Source: Lama glama (taxonomy: Eukaryota). From it: a stretch of 64,000 bases of DNA. The stretch spans positions 43,836,001 through 43,900,000 of the forward strand of contig CM052817.1 of the NCBI GenBank assembly GCA_028534125.1. The letters run 5' to 3'. Within the stretch, counting starts at the first letter, position 1; each line of letters opens with the position of its first letter. Shown here in pieces: positions 12,526-25,300 of the stretch. The notes below the pieces were generated by a model. It was given only the letters and a program-made list of their open reading frames with translations. It did no database searches and was not told the DNA's origin. The position numbers were made by a program, and so were the translations under genes.

Positions 12526-13017
12526 ACTAAGGAACCAGGGAGAGCTCTTAACCAGAGAGGCAAAATGAATAAGCTACTCGAATGCCCTTTCTTCCAATAT
12601 CATATTTCTTAATATGAAACATGCTGTTCTTGCTCCTACATGTCACTAAGGTGTCACTTTCTTTGTATGAGAACTTTTAGTAGTATTTGCAGAAAATCTT
12701 TAGGCTGTGTTTATGTACTTGCTCAAAGTTCACTTTAAAGAAACTTTTCCCAGTTGATTTCTAGGAAGGTTTATAGTCTCCAGGAGTCTTGGCAACATGC
12801 CAGCTGTCTGGCTGCTTGGCTAATTTCCCTGGGAAAAGTTTCTCAGTATTTGTCTAGCCCTGCAGTTCTTGTCATCTGTGTTCTCTGCCTTCCTCAACTA
12901 TCCTCCACTTGAGCTAGAAACTCCTTTGCAAGAAGAGTCACTTCCTATTTAGGGTTCTAGTTGAAAACAGATTCTCTGATTGGACAAAAATCAGGAACTC
13001 GATGACATTTCCTACTT

Positions 13018-13193
13018 CAGTGGTGTGCATCAGAATCACCCAGATGGCTTGTTGAAACTCAGATTGCTGTGCTCCCCCTCTCCCCCGAGTTTCTGATCCA
13101 GTAGGCCTGCATTGGGCCCATTAATTTGCATTTATAATAGGTTCTTGGTGATGTTGATGTCCTAGTCCAGAGACCACACTTTAAAAACCACTC
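13018..13193. mobile_element. MER5A-like hAT MITE (similar copies at ~13930-14090 and ~23750-23912)
   Basis: 'gcatcagaatcacccagatggcttgttgaaactcagattgctg...gagtttctgatccagtagg...accacactttaaaaaccact'. Confidence 0.75.
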
Positions 13194-13681
13194 CTTATGT
13201 ATACATACCATGAAACATTCCCATCCATACCTACCATTAATTTGGGGAGGAGTTGTTTTATTTACTAATTTTATACTTGATATAATACAGACAACAGAAG
13301 CATGAATTTCCCCATGTAGTATGTCTCTAGGACCAGAATCTACCCACTCTTATCTTCTCCTCTACACAGAAGCTGCTATTCCACATCTGGGTTTCAGCTC
13401 CCAAACTGTCCAGCTAGGAGAATTCCCAATGTCTGCAGGTCTGCCTATCTGGATTTTCAGTCTTACTAACTTCTAGATTCCCTTCCCTCCTTGTACTTCA
13501 TACTCAGATTATTTTTAATAAATAAATCACTATCTAGAATAATGATTTCTAAGAAGGTTGAAAGTTTGGTGAGGAACTGGAACTCATTTTGTCTTGTCCC
13601 TCCATACTTGGGCACTTCTCTGTCCAACAACCCCGAGGAGACTGTTTTAATTCCAGATTGAATTAGGAGATTTAGAACTGT

Positions 13682-13863
13682 CCAGTGGATTGCTGGTAAA
13701 TATTTAACAATGTCTCTCCAGTACAAAAGACATAAATATATAGTATTTGCCAATATCCTTGATGTAAGTATTCCCAGAATAGCTGATTTCAAGCTACCAA
13801 ACGTAGAATCAGCCAGCTCACAAAATTCTGACAACGTAACACATGGCTATAGCACACTACTGG
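13682..13863 (-). mobile_element. MER63-like hAT-Blackjack MITE
   Basis: Inverted termini ccagtggattgctg ... tagcacactactgg; internal 'gatttcaagctaccaaacgt'. Confidence 0.7.
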
Positions 13864-14329
13864 ACGTTTCTTAGTAAAAGGCCTTGGTAGCTTTTAGAAG
13901 GTCTACATAAAACCAATTCATCCTAGAACCACACTTCTCAAACTTTAATGTGAATATGAATCATGTGGAAATCTTCTTAAAATGTAGTTTCTAATTTAAT
14001 AGGTGTGGATGGAGCCCGAGGTTCTGATTTCTAACAGGCTTCTAAGTGATGTTGAGGCTGCTGGTCCAGGGACCACGCTTCATGTAGCAAGGTCCTAGAA
14101 TATATCCTGGAGCAAAATTCTTATTTCGATTATTAGCCCCAAACAAGAAACTTCTGAGTAGCCTGTCTCTTCTAATACAGAGAATAAATTCAAGTGGATT
14201 CTTAAATTTCTGAGTATAAACTCCATGACCTCCATCTTTCAGTGGAGATACTAGAAATATCACTAACTTCCTACTCCACCCACATCTGCTGCTGGTGGAA
14301 ATTTCCCTCTCCCACATGAATAAAAGTCC

Positions 14330-14890
14330 CCCAAACCCCAGCTCTTTGGATCAGTGGAAGCCATCTGACCCAAGTCCATTCATACTATAGCCAGTGATCT
14401 GGCTTGAAAAGAAAAGCTGGGTCAATCGTCCTTCTCACAAAACTGGAACTGGCAAAATCAAAGACTGAAACGTTTAGGTGGGAAAACTCAAGCTATAAGA
14501 TCATGGTGTAGATTCAAGGCTGGAGAAGCCTTGAAAGGCAAGCTGGGATTATTAGCAATCAGAAATGATGCTTGAGTAGAGTTATATGAAGCCGGCCGGT
14601 TTCAAGAATAGAATGGAATGAGGATGCCGAGAAAAGCAGAAACGTGAAGAACAAAGAGATCTACCCACCTCCGAGAGGAAGACAGCAAATGCTGCCTCAG
14701 TTCCTGTTACAGTTTCCGTCAAGCCTGCCGACAAGGTCCCTCTCCCTGAGCTCCTGTGAGAGCCTTATCTACCATCCATGTCCCTACAATAACCCCTGCT
14801 TTCTTGAGCTAGCACCAGTGAATGTAATTTTCTCTTTTTCTTTCTTTCCTCCCCTTTTTTTTTTTTGTTACGAACAATCAAAAACCCAGT
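14330..14890 (+). mobile_element. Old ERVL-type LTR fragment (LTR16/LTR33-like)
   Basis: 3' motif 'aataacccctgctttcttgagctagc...tgttacgaacaatcaaaa'; family assignment uncertain. Confidence 0.45.
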
Positions 14891-17800
14891 TAAAATCGTG
14901 GGACTCCAGTTATTCTAGCCAAGATGTGTGAATCGGCAGCTCTCTGCCAATGTTAGCAGCAAAGCCTTAATCATGGCTTTGATTTTGAAAGTTTGAAAAG
15001 TTAGATAGTATACACCCTCTCTATAATTCTCTGCTTAAATTTCTGGTTACAGATGAAGGATCAGAGGTACTCAGAATTTGAGTAACTTGACCAATTAGTA
15101 CGTAGTTGAGTTGGGATTTGAATCCAGGATACCTGCCTCCAGAGTCTATGTTAGTAACCCTGGTATTCATGAATCACACATATATTTCATGCTAGACATT
15201 GTGTAAAGCACTTTACGTATAGTATTTTGCTTAATTTCCATTTTGTAGTTGAAGAAACTGAGGCTCCAAAAAGTTAGTGACTTGCCTAAGGTGACTCGAG
15301 TAGTGTTAGAATCTCACATCAGAGGCAGTGCATGGGACCATCGCACCCCCTCCTGCTTCTCTGCTCCCCTGAGACTCTGAGCTTCATACATACACACAGC
15401 TATGACTCAATATTTTTCATGCCAATGTTTTACATTAGGAAACGGCCAGATAATATCAGAGTGTGGGGGAGAAAGTAAACAACATGAGCACATATACATT
15501 ACTTTTTGATCTTCAAAGCCAAGGGTGGAAATCACAAGCACCAACAAAACACTTATTAGAGTTAACTTTTTTTTTTATCTCTGATGCATGCAGAGGTAAA
15601 ACTTGTTTGAAATATTTATCTAAAATGTGGCCATGCATTTTTTTTAAATGTTACTCATCTGAGAAAAGTAACAACATCACCAAAGCAATTCTCAGGAAGA
15701 CGTTTTATTTTTACAGAAGAGTGTGCACAACTCATGAGAGGTGGCTGTAAGTACTAAAAGGATGTGACTTTCTTCCTCCCTTCTGTGCTGTGTGACTGTA
15801 TTGTTTTGGAGTCTTAGAGGTGAACTTGACATTTTGTTGTTGTACTCCTTTCAGGGCCTGTCGTTCTTTTAAATTAGGTCAGACCAAGGCTGACTCCCTC
15901 CCCAAGCTCTGAACTTAAGGACTAATATGGGGTTAATAACCTTATTATTAATAAGATAAAGTAATTATTTCTTAGTCGTTTTTATCTGAAAAATATTGAA
16001 GCCAAATACACCAATATTCACCCATGTATAGTTGCATCTCATCTTGGTCTAAATTATTTTATTTCATCTAACAATTTTTCTATTGTTACTACTGGGCTAG
16101 CCTTTTTCTGCTTCCCATGGTTGTCAAGTGTTAGAGGTAGAATAGTAGTGATGATGGAGGAATGAGGAGGAGGAGTGGGAAGAAAAGAGACTCTGAGGGG
16201 AGTGGCCTTTGAAAATCAAGAAACCAGCAGTTCAGTTCAGGTCTTCATGACATGGCCACCTCCAGCAAGCTGTGTCTCCATTCAGTGCCTCCATTTTAAC
16301 ATCTGAAAATAGGAATGACAATGTTTTTGTGCCAAATGATTCTCCACTGCGGTTCCTCAGCTTCAGGGACATCTTGTTAATTTATGTTAAAAAAAAAAAA
16401 CGATGGGTAATTGTCTAGGGCTAATTTTTAATGGAAAAGTAATAGATAATTTTCTGACTCCTCTGAGACAGATGGCAGAGCTCTAACCCAAGAAAAAAAC
16501 AAAAACAAACAAACAATAAAACCCCACAACACAACAGGTCAAAGGGATATGCAGGGACCCAAGGGGAGGGAGTAATTAGCATTCTGATCCACCAGGAAAA
16601 ATAGGTTGTATTTAGAAAAATAAATAGGAAAAAATCCAAAAATCAGAGGAAAATATAATGGCTGGGCATGGAAATAAGAATGGAAAAGTTCTTATTTATT
16701 AAATAAAATGCCTTTTCAACTGTAATAATCTAGGTTCTAAAATATGTACTGGTACTTGTTTATCTTTCCATCATAACTTGTATACAACAGTAATTATTCA
16801 AGAAAATACAAGAAGGCATTGCTCCCCTGAACACTTTCCAGAAGGAAAGCTACAGAAGATTAGGAAGAGAAAGACACCCTGGTTCTCAAGGCTCCACTAT
16901 AGGAAGAGGCCCACCCCTTCGGCGGCTGACAGTGGGGGTGGGGATCTTTGCAGAGTTACCGCAGCTCACAGTTTACACAGCACACAACGGAAGGAAGTAG
17001 CCGCAGCATTATGGGAGGGCTCTACTTAACCTAAGTGTCGTGCACCCTGAGGTTTGACCCGTGTTGGACAGACAGAGGACCTGCAGTGTGTCTTCGCATG
17101 GCTCTGAGGAGTGGTTCATCCTAAGGGAGGTGAGAGCATTTGAAGGCACGGGAGCAGTGTGAAGGGAAGGCAATTCTAGGGGCGTGCATCAGGGCCCTGC
17201 TTCTACCCGGTGCCTTCCAAGGTCAGAACCTGCGCAGGGAGGCAAAAAAAAATATGTAAAAGACATTGCACTGAGACCTTTGGGAGACCTGTGAGCACAG
17301 GACTTTTTGTTTATGGGAGCCAGGTAACAGAGAGGACATCAGAGAAATTCTCCAGTGCAGCATGCTGCAACCTGTGACACACTGGAGACAGAGATAGCTT
17401 CGATGACTTTGGCACCTTTCTTACAGACCCACAGTAACCAGAAAAAGCAGGAGAGGACAAAAAGAGCTGTTGCCAGACAGTAGCAAATGTATTTAGGAAC
17501 ACTCAATGAGACGCTCCTTTGGTACAATCCATACATCCATCCAAGAGCTTGGGAGCATTTTAGGGTGAAGTGTAGAACCAGTAAGTATTACTGGGGTCCT
17601 AAGGGCAGAGAAACCCCAAACTCTAATTCACCCTCAATCTGGAAAACACCAGCTGCATGTGGAAATCCCTCTGAGAGTAGAACAAGCAAGTATGGTTATA
17701 TTTTTAAAATAATGCTGCCTGATTATGAAGCTTACTAGATCTCACTTAATGTTTAATTTTTCTAAATTTTCTTTGGCCAAGATTAGCAGGGTTCTTTCCT

Positions 17801-18375
17801 CATACTTTTTTATAACACAAAAGATCCCAGGTTAAGAAATAAAATATGACACACTGTATCCTATATTTTAACTTACTATTAATTGAATTCATATGAAATC
17901 CTGGTCTAATTTGCTTAATCTTGTCGAGTTACCTACACTGTTTATCATATCCCTTATTCCATGAGAATTAAGTGTCCTTCATAAGGATATAGGAAGCAAG
18001 CATTATCATAATTCATGGCAAAACCTGAATAAATTATATTCACTGGCTAATCCTCTTTTGCTATTTATGTTGCCGCTTTCAAATAATGTAGTAGATTACA
18101 AGGAAGCTTTATTTTTACAAAACTATTCCACACTTCTCATGTTGCCATAAATCCACCTGCTTCATTATCTTTACTCATTTTTTCTAATAGATTTTTGTTC
18201 TCCTTGCTATAATTTGGTAATTATCGATAATTTGTCTTGAAATAATACTATGCTGACTACACTCCATTCACTATCAACTATAGCTTTCTTTATCCTGTCC
18301 ATGCTGCTAGGTGTGTCCTTGGAGGCTTTTTTAGACTGTACCATCCCTGACTGATACAGATGCCTAGTCAATACA

Positions 18376-18745
18376 CAGTTGTCCCTCGGTATCTGTGGGG
18401 AATTTGTTCCAGGACCTGCTTCAGACCCCAAATCTGATGAAGCTCAAGTCTCATATAAAATGGCTTACTGCAGTATTTGCATATATCCTATGCACAACCT
18501 CTGGTATACTTTAAATCATCTCTAGATTATTTACAATATTTAATACAATGTAAACGCTGTTTAAATAGTTATACGTACAATGTAAATGATATGTGTCTCA
18601 TTGCCAGCACTGCAATTTCAAGTTTTGCTTTTTGGAACTTTCTGGAGTTTCCATTTTTGTTTTTTCAAATATTTTTGATCTGCAATTGGTTGAACCACGA
18701 TGCAGAACTGTGGATGCAGAGTCCTTGGATATGGGGGGCCAACTG
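18376..18745 (+). mobile_element. MER2 (Tigger-derived Tc1/mariner MITE), near full length
   Basis: TIRs cagttgtccctcggtatc ... gatatggggggccaactg followed by TA; internal 'gtatactttaaatcatctctagattatttacaata'. Confidence 0.85.
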
Positions 18746-19276
18746 TATTGCTAGACCAGACTTTATTTAGGTGGAATACACAAAGACAATTATATGTGTT
18801 GGTGAAAAATTTTAACACTATGCTATTAACCACAATTTCCATAGTTCTAAGGCAATGCAGGCAAGAAATCAAACCATTCACTGTGGGTCCTCTTATAGTT
18901 GACTTTTGTTCTTAACTCTGTCCTGAGGTCTATGTTTTACTGTAAGAACACAACTTTCGTACTTACTTCCAAGGTGCAATGCTACACCAGTCTTTATTGC
19001 AGCTCATTCGGTACTTAAAAGAGATGGCCTTACCCCATGACTTACAGCCCTTCCAATACAACACATAGCAAATATTTGGAGTTATTCAGCCAAGAATAAT
19101 GCCCTGGAGACTCCATCAAGATAGTTTTTAATGTCCATTGGCCCTCTCCAAGGACTATAGAACAGTCCCCTACAGCATTGGCAGTACAGTCCAATTCTCT
19201 TTAACTTTTCCCTCTAGTGTCAATCACAATAATGCCTCTTTGTTGTTTCAGTTGTCTAGCAGATAACTATTAGGTC

Positions 19277-19340
19277 ACACACACAAACACACACACACAC
19301 ACACACGCAAGTGCACACTCACACATAGACACACACACGC
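19277..19340. repeat. Imperfect (CA)n microsatellite
   Basis: Visible directly. Confidence 0.9.
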
Positions 19341-20071
19341 ATCTCCTAAGGAGAAATATGAATTCTGAGAGATAGTATGCATTGTTAATATACAGTATTG
19401 GCCCACAATTTTTTTTAATTGAACTGATAACTAAGCTAAAAAATCTAGACTTTTTTCTTCTTTTGAAAAAATCAACAGGCCAAGCCATACCAGGCCCATC
19501 TTTCCACATGGTCATGACCCAACATGAAGGAAGAGAATGCATTGCACCTTTTAGCTGGGGCATCAGACACCACCATCGTCATCCCTCTGTATCGCCTCTC
19601 AAGGCATTTCACTTATTCACAGTGTCTGCCTCGACTCTGCAGACACTTGAGCTTGCAACCTCTAATCCCACTTCTTTTCAAACTGTGTCCTCTAGAGTCT
19701 GTCAGAATGAGAAATAGGGCTATTGCTAAAGAACGGACCACTTAATGATTGTTCCATTAGCAGAAATACCAGGCCAAAAAATTGAAATTATCACTTGTAA
19801 GCATCCAAGTAAATTCTTAGATAAGGTCCATTTGCCTTTTATATTTTAAGCAGTTCACCTAAGGGCCTTTCTATCTGAACCATGTGTATTTAATGATTAT
19901 ACAATTTGCTACTTTTTAGAAGTGGTTGGATGTTGTGCATCCTGATGGTGCCTTTCTCTATTTTATACACTTTTGAACACATTAGAAACTCTTAGTCAAA
20001 CTGGTTTAGGTACACTGGCTTTCAGTAAATTAGTCTGAGCTCATTCAATTATGTTTTATATATTTTTAAAC

Positions 20072-20158
20072 TTTTTTTTTAATGGAGGTAGTGGGGATTG
20101 AACCCAGGACCTTGTGTATGCTAAGCATGCGCACTACCATTGAGTTATACCCTCCTCC
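20072..20158 (-). mobile_element. Camelid tRNA-Ala-derived SINE (vic-1-like)
   Basis: Reverse complement reads ggagggtataactcaatggtagtgcgcatgcttagcatacacaaggtcctgggttcaatccccactacctcca + poly(A); tRNA-Ala(AGC)-like head with A and B boxes. Confidence 0.9.
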
Positions 20159-21175
20159 TTCAACTAAGTTTTCTAAATGAATGAATTCTTAAAAGTTCTT
20201 TTCATTTGACCCTTGTAGTGGGTTTTGTCCAGTTTGAGTTGGTTATATGTGCTGCAGAATAGGACACAGTGCAGACTAAGACTTTTTTTTTTAATCCCAC
20301 GCTCAGATTTCTTGTTTGAAGCCTGTCCACTCCATTCCAACACATTTTCTAAAACTTGACCTCTCACATTATAATATGATGAGCACTTTACTTACTTTAT
20401 TAAGTCAGTATTGCACTGAGGATGTAATGCTCTGAAGAAAACCTCCATTGCTGAGAAAAACTTTACACTTACTTCGAAAGTGCAGAACTTTTAGGACTAG
20501 TTTCTCACTGGAGCATCTCACAGTGCCCATGTAACCTTTGCTGTGGTCTAGTCACTGCTGGCTTAAAAATAATAATAAAGAAAAGATGGTCTTGTTAGGT
20601 TTGTAGTACACATCCTTTTAACCAACTTCCTGTAATCAATTAACCAAATAAAAAAACCTTTCTAGTGCCTCAGTAAGTATGTAGACTAGTTCCCACAGTA
20701 CCTTGAAACTTGGCAAGTAATCTCTCCTTCAGTCTGCCCACCAATTCTCCCACTAAAGTTTTACAAAACTTGAGTTTTATACTTACTTAATAGTTCCTTG
20801 TTTTTCCAAACCTGTTTATATTTGTGGATGAACTACGTGTATAAGAAAGAAAAAAGTCTTTTTGAAAATTAAAAGTGAGTGCTTTGGAAAGACTTGATAA
20901 AGGCAAGCTGGCTAAAAACCATTGCTGCCAAATTTGTTAGAAAGTAACTATAAAAATATGGAAAAAAGAATAAAAATCTAGGAGGATTCTTCCTTTGGAT
21001 TGTGTCATACGTTCTTGTTCTACTTTAATGCAAATACCTGTACTATCTGCCGGACAAATATTCTAGTGATTAATATACATGAACTCATTTCATTCTTCTG
21101 TGAGGCAGGTACTGTTATTACTCTTATTTCACAGGTGACGAAATTAAAGCTCAGAGAGGTTAAGTAAGATGCTCT

Positions 21176-21430
21176 GGGGAGGAGAGGAGGGGTAAATTAG
21201 AAGTTTAGGATTAGCAGATACAAACTACTATATACAAAATAGATAAACAACTAGGACCCACTGTATAGCACAGAGAACTGTATTCAATATTTTACAATAA
21301 CCCAAAATGAAAAAGAATCTGAAAAGTATGTATATATGTATAACTGAAACACTTTGCTGTACACCAGAAATGAACACAACATTGTAAATCAACTATACCT
21401 CAATTAAAAAAGAATCACAGACAAAAAAAA
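21176..21430 (+). mobile_element. Artiodactyl-type L1 3' UTR fragment inserted in a MIR
   Basis: 'ggattagcagatacaaactactatata...ctgtatagcacagagaac...ctttgctgtacaccagaaa...aacattgtaaatcaactatac'; a similar minus-strand copy lies at ~32720-32900. Confidence 0.85.
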
Positions 21431-21914
21431 ATACTCTAGATAATTATATGGTGGAGCCCAGTTTTAAACCTATGAACTCTGAGTTCTAGCTGAAAACACT
21501 GGATATCATAGGCAGTGAATTACATACGTGTTTTATGGGAAAAATTTAGAACAATAATCAGCAGATCCATACTCAAAGAAGAGGTTAGCAAATGAGTTAG
21601 TTCTATATATTTTAAATGAAAAAATGTTTAAGGTATGTAGTTATCATTTTATGATTAACTAACTGACCATGGATTCAGCTGAGTTAGATACAATTTCTTC
21701 TGTCAAAAGAGGTAAAATATTGAACCACACTATAAAAAAAGAATGTTTTCTCATGAGAAAAAGGATAGAATTTGATATTAAAAGCAACAAAATGGTAGAG
21801 CATAACTTTCAAAAATGTATAATCACTGTATTTTATACCTGTAACATATAATATTGTATATCAACGATGCTTCAATTTTAAAAAAGAAAAAAAAGCTGAA
21901 CTCATAGAAAAAAT

Positions 21915-22300
21915 AGTCTCTTCAATAAATAGTTCTGGGATAATTGAACATCTGTATGTAGAAAAAATAAACCTCAACACATACCTTACACCTTACACAA
22001 ATTAACTCAAAATGGAACATAGCCCTAAATGTGCAACACAAAACTATAAAACTTCTAGAAGAAAGCATAGGAGAAAATCTAGGTGACCTTGGTTTTGGTT
22101 GAGGAAATGTTAGATTAAACAATGAAGGCCCAATCCATGAAAGAAAAGATTGATAAATTGGACTTTATTAAAATTTAAAAATTTGCTTTGTGAATGATAT
22201 AGTAACAGAATGAAAACATAAGCCACAGACTGGGAGAAAATATTTGCAAGCCCACATACCTGGTACAAGAAGTACCTAAAATATGTAAACTCAACTATTG
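21915..22300 (+). mobile_element. L1 ORF2 3' fragment
   Basis: 'aattaactcaaaatgga', 'actataaaacttctagaagaaagcataggagaaaatct', 'gccacagactgggagaaaatatttgca'. Confidence 0.85.
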
Positions 22301-25300
22301 TTAATGCTAAAATAAATATTTTTTTCATAGATTTTGCTAAGTTTTTTATTATTAAAAAAAGATAGAGTTCTAGAAAAACAGCTACTTGATCAGAGAATAG
22401 GAACTGTTTAAAGCATATGTCTTTTTTTTTTTACACTTTTCATTTATTTAAACATATTTCTTATAACATGTTCTCAAAAAAATTTTTTTGAGTGAAATTG
22501 GGCCTTCTTTGGTAAGCAAAAGACCTGAAAATAATATTTAAAAAATAAGCAGGCAGAGTCTTCAGTTCATCCACAACACAGGTGTAGTGTTGCCTTCTCT
22601 TTTCCCAAACTCTGAAGCACCTAGTTTTTCCATAAAAGCTAAAAGCTAGAAGAAAAAGAGTACATTTGTGGTGGAAGTTATTGTCACTTGCTGATAACTA
22701 GTGGAAATACCATTATCCCCTTGTAACAGCTTTAAGAAATAGGCTTTTTAAGGCATATATTGTGTAACTCTTATCTTATTTCCTGTTATGATATAATACA
22801 GATTATTACATAAAGGCCAACAAATTCACAACTATATAAGCATTAAGCATTTGCTGTATTGAAAGTTCTTTAGTTCTAATACTAGCAGTATAGAGATAAA
22901 GAATATAATTTTAAACACTTAATTGCAAGTATATTAAGTATGGCATGTTCCATAGACTGGAGGAAAATGGGCATTTTTGTCTTGAATTTGTTACTGACAA
23001 CTTAATCTGAACAGTTCTTAAAGCATATATCTTAATGTTTAAAAAGTGGTAATATTTTAATTTTTGTGACAAAATTAGTTATCCTATTGAATCCAAATGA
23101 GGCAGAGGGAGTAATATTATATTATGCCCATTTTATAGATAAGGATACTGAGGCATAGAGTAGTATTTAAAAACATACCCGAAGTCACAATGCTAGTAAG
23201 TAAAGCGGATGACAATTGAACACAAGATTTGCCTCCAGTCTACACTCTCAACTAGTATATTGTACTGTCATTGAAATCAATAGTCATTTGTCAAATGTCT
23301 ATTATGCACAAGGCATATGACGAAAATGTAAGACAGTTTTTCTCACAAGAAATACATAATGTTATATAAGGGAGAAACCTGCTGCTAACTCACTATAGGA
23401 ACAAAGAAGAGAAAAAGACTAAGCCAAAGTCTGGAGAATCTCATGTTTGGAATGAAAGCAGAGCTTTCATTAGTGGCTTAAAGAATGTGTAGGCGTGGAA
23501 ACTTGATAAGGCAGTGAAAAATACTCAAAAGAGGCTAAAGTTTAGGTAAATTGGTCACTAACAGCTATGATCTTTAAGTAAATAAGCTCTGGGAAAATTA
23601 GCTTAAGATTAGTTTATTTTAGTTAACCAATTCTAGGCAACTGTTTTTGTTTTATTTGTTTGTTTAGGACTGGTTTCATATTGAGCACTTGCTGTGAAAA
23701 CAAGTGAGAGTCTGAAGGTATTGAGATGGAGATTAGTGGATTTCTGCCTTAAGACTGTGGGTCAGAATCACCAGAAATTCACAATAGGCCCCCATCCCCA
23801 GACTTTGAAATTCAGTAGGTCCAGCAGGTGAGCAGAGAATTTTCCTGGCTCACAAGTTTATAGATGATGAGGTGCTGCTGCTTGTAGGGGACCACACTTA
23901 GAAAACCACTGCCCAAGAGGAACTTCAACTAACTGGAAAGAAGGTTAGCATTCGGGAGGCTTTCACAACTGAGCTCCTAATGGAATGCAAGGTGTACAGG
24001 GATTCTGCGTGGAGTTTGGCATTTCTAAAAGCAGGAACTGTCAGAGAGGATTCTGGGAAAGGAAATGGTCTAGATTGTTGGAAACTAGGGAAGACTTGAG
24101 GGAAACCCACCAGAAAGAGCTGCTCTGGCCAGCTAGGCTAAAGAGTTGGTTTACCGCTGTAATCCTTGAGGAGCAAAGGATTTTAATAAAGACTAAGGGA
24201 GAAACAGTAATAACTTCATCACAAAGCTCCTTTGACACTCATGAAAGTTAGTGATATCTGCCACATTCTTTTTAAAATCAGAATAAATAAAACTTAATAA
24301 TGCAACAGTACTAAAAAGTAATTATTTCTAAATGTTCTTTTCCCAAACAAAAGTCTGGAAGTAGGTTGAGCCTTTGTTACATAGGGATTTCTATATTTGA
24401 AACTCAAGATAAATTTATTTAATGCTGTAACAATATTTAAATAAAAGCATTTCAAATTTTTCTTCATTCCTGATTGTAACGAATTACCTGGGAGTATAAT
24501 ATAGTTGATTTTTCTTAGCAGATCTTTGACATTTAAAATTATGCACAAGCCCAAGGGGTAGGAATTTTCATTACTTCGGTTTACTTTTAGTAAATCAAAT
24601 CATTGTTTTGTATAATGTTATCCAGCAGGATTTGTTCCATATTAATAATCAAAAGAACATTGTAAATGGATATTAATAATATCTCAAGTATATTTAAATA
24701 TTTTAGTAGGGAATTAAAGCCAGCACAATAATAATGCACATTTATGAATGGTTAAACTGAGACATAACACTGTCAAATATTTCAGAGGGGCAGATAAGTG
24801 AAGAAAACATTTGGAATAGATTAAAAAAACCCAAACCAAATTATTTAAAGAACATTTGTGTTTCCAAATAAGACTGTGAAACAATAGAGATTTTGTGTCT
24901 ATTAGTCAAAAGCTGTAATTCAACATTGTGTCAGCCAAGCACCTGTGCTGGTGCTTAGACTGGGATAGGTACCAGGCATAACTGGCACTCATCAAGAGTG
25001 GATTGTGCTCTGAGAGCTTCATGACACAAAGGAAAACTTCTAATTTCCCCCACAGTTTGTAAATGCAACTGGGAACGCCTAATTCACATGAATAATAGAT
25101 GGAAGGGAAAATGCTGTTCAGAACACAAAAGATCAAGAGAGGTAAATATCCAAAGCCAAAGAAATTTAATAAAAATTCATATGAACATCGAAAGAAGTGG
25201 AGGAAACACTCATTTGTGCATACAAACAAGTTTCCCTCTGCAGCAACTAGTTTAGTTCCAAAAAACTACAGGAAGAGACTCAATCAAAATGTAATAAGGA

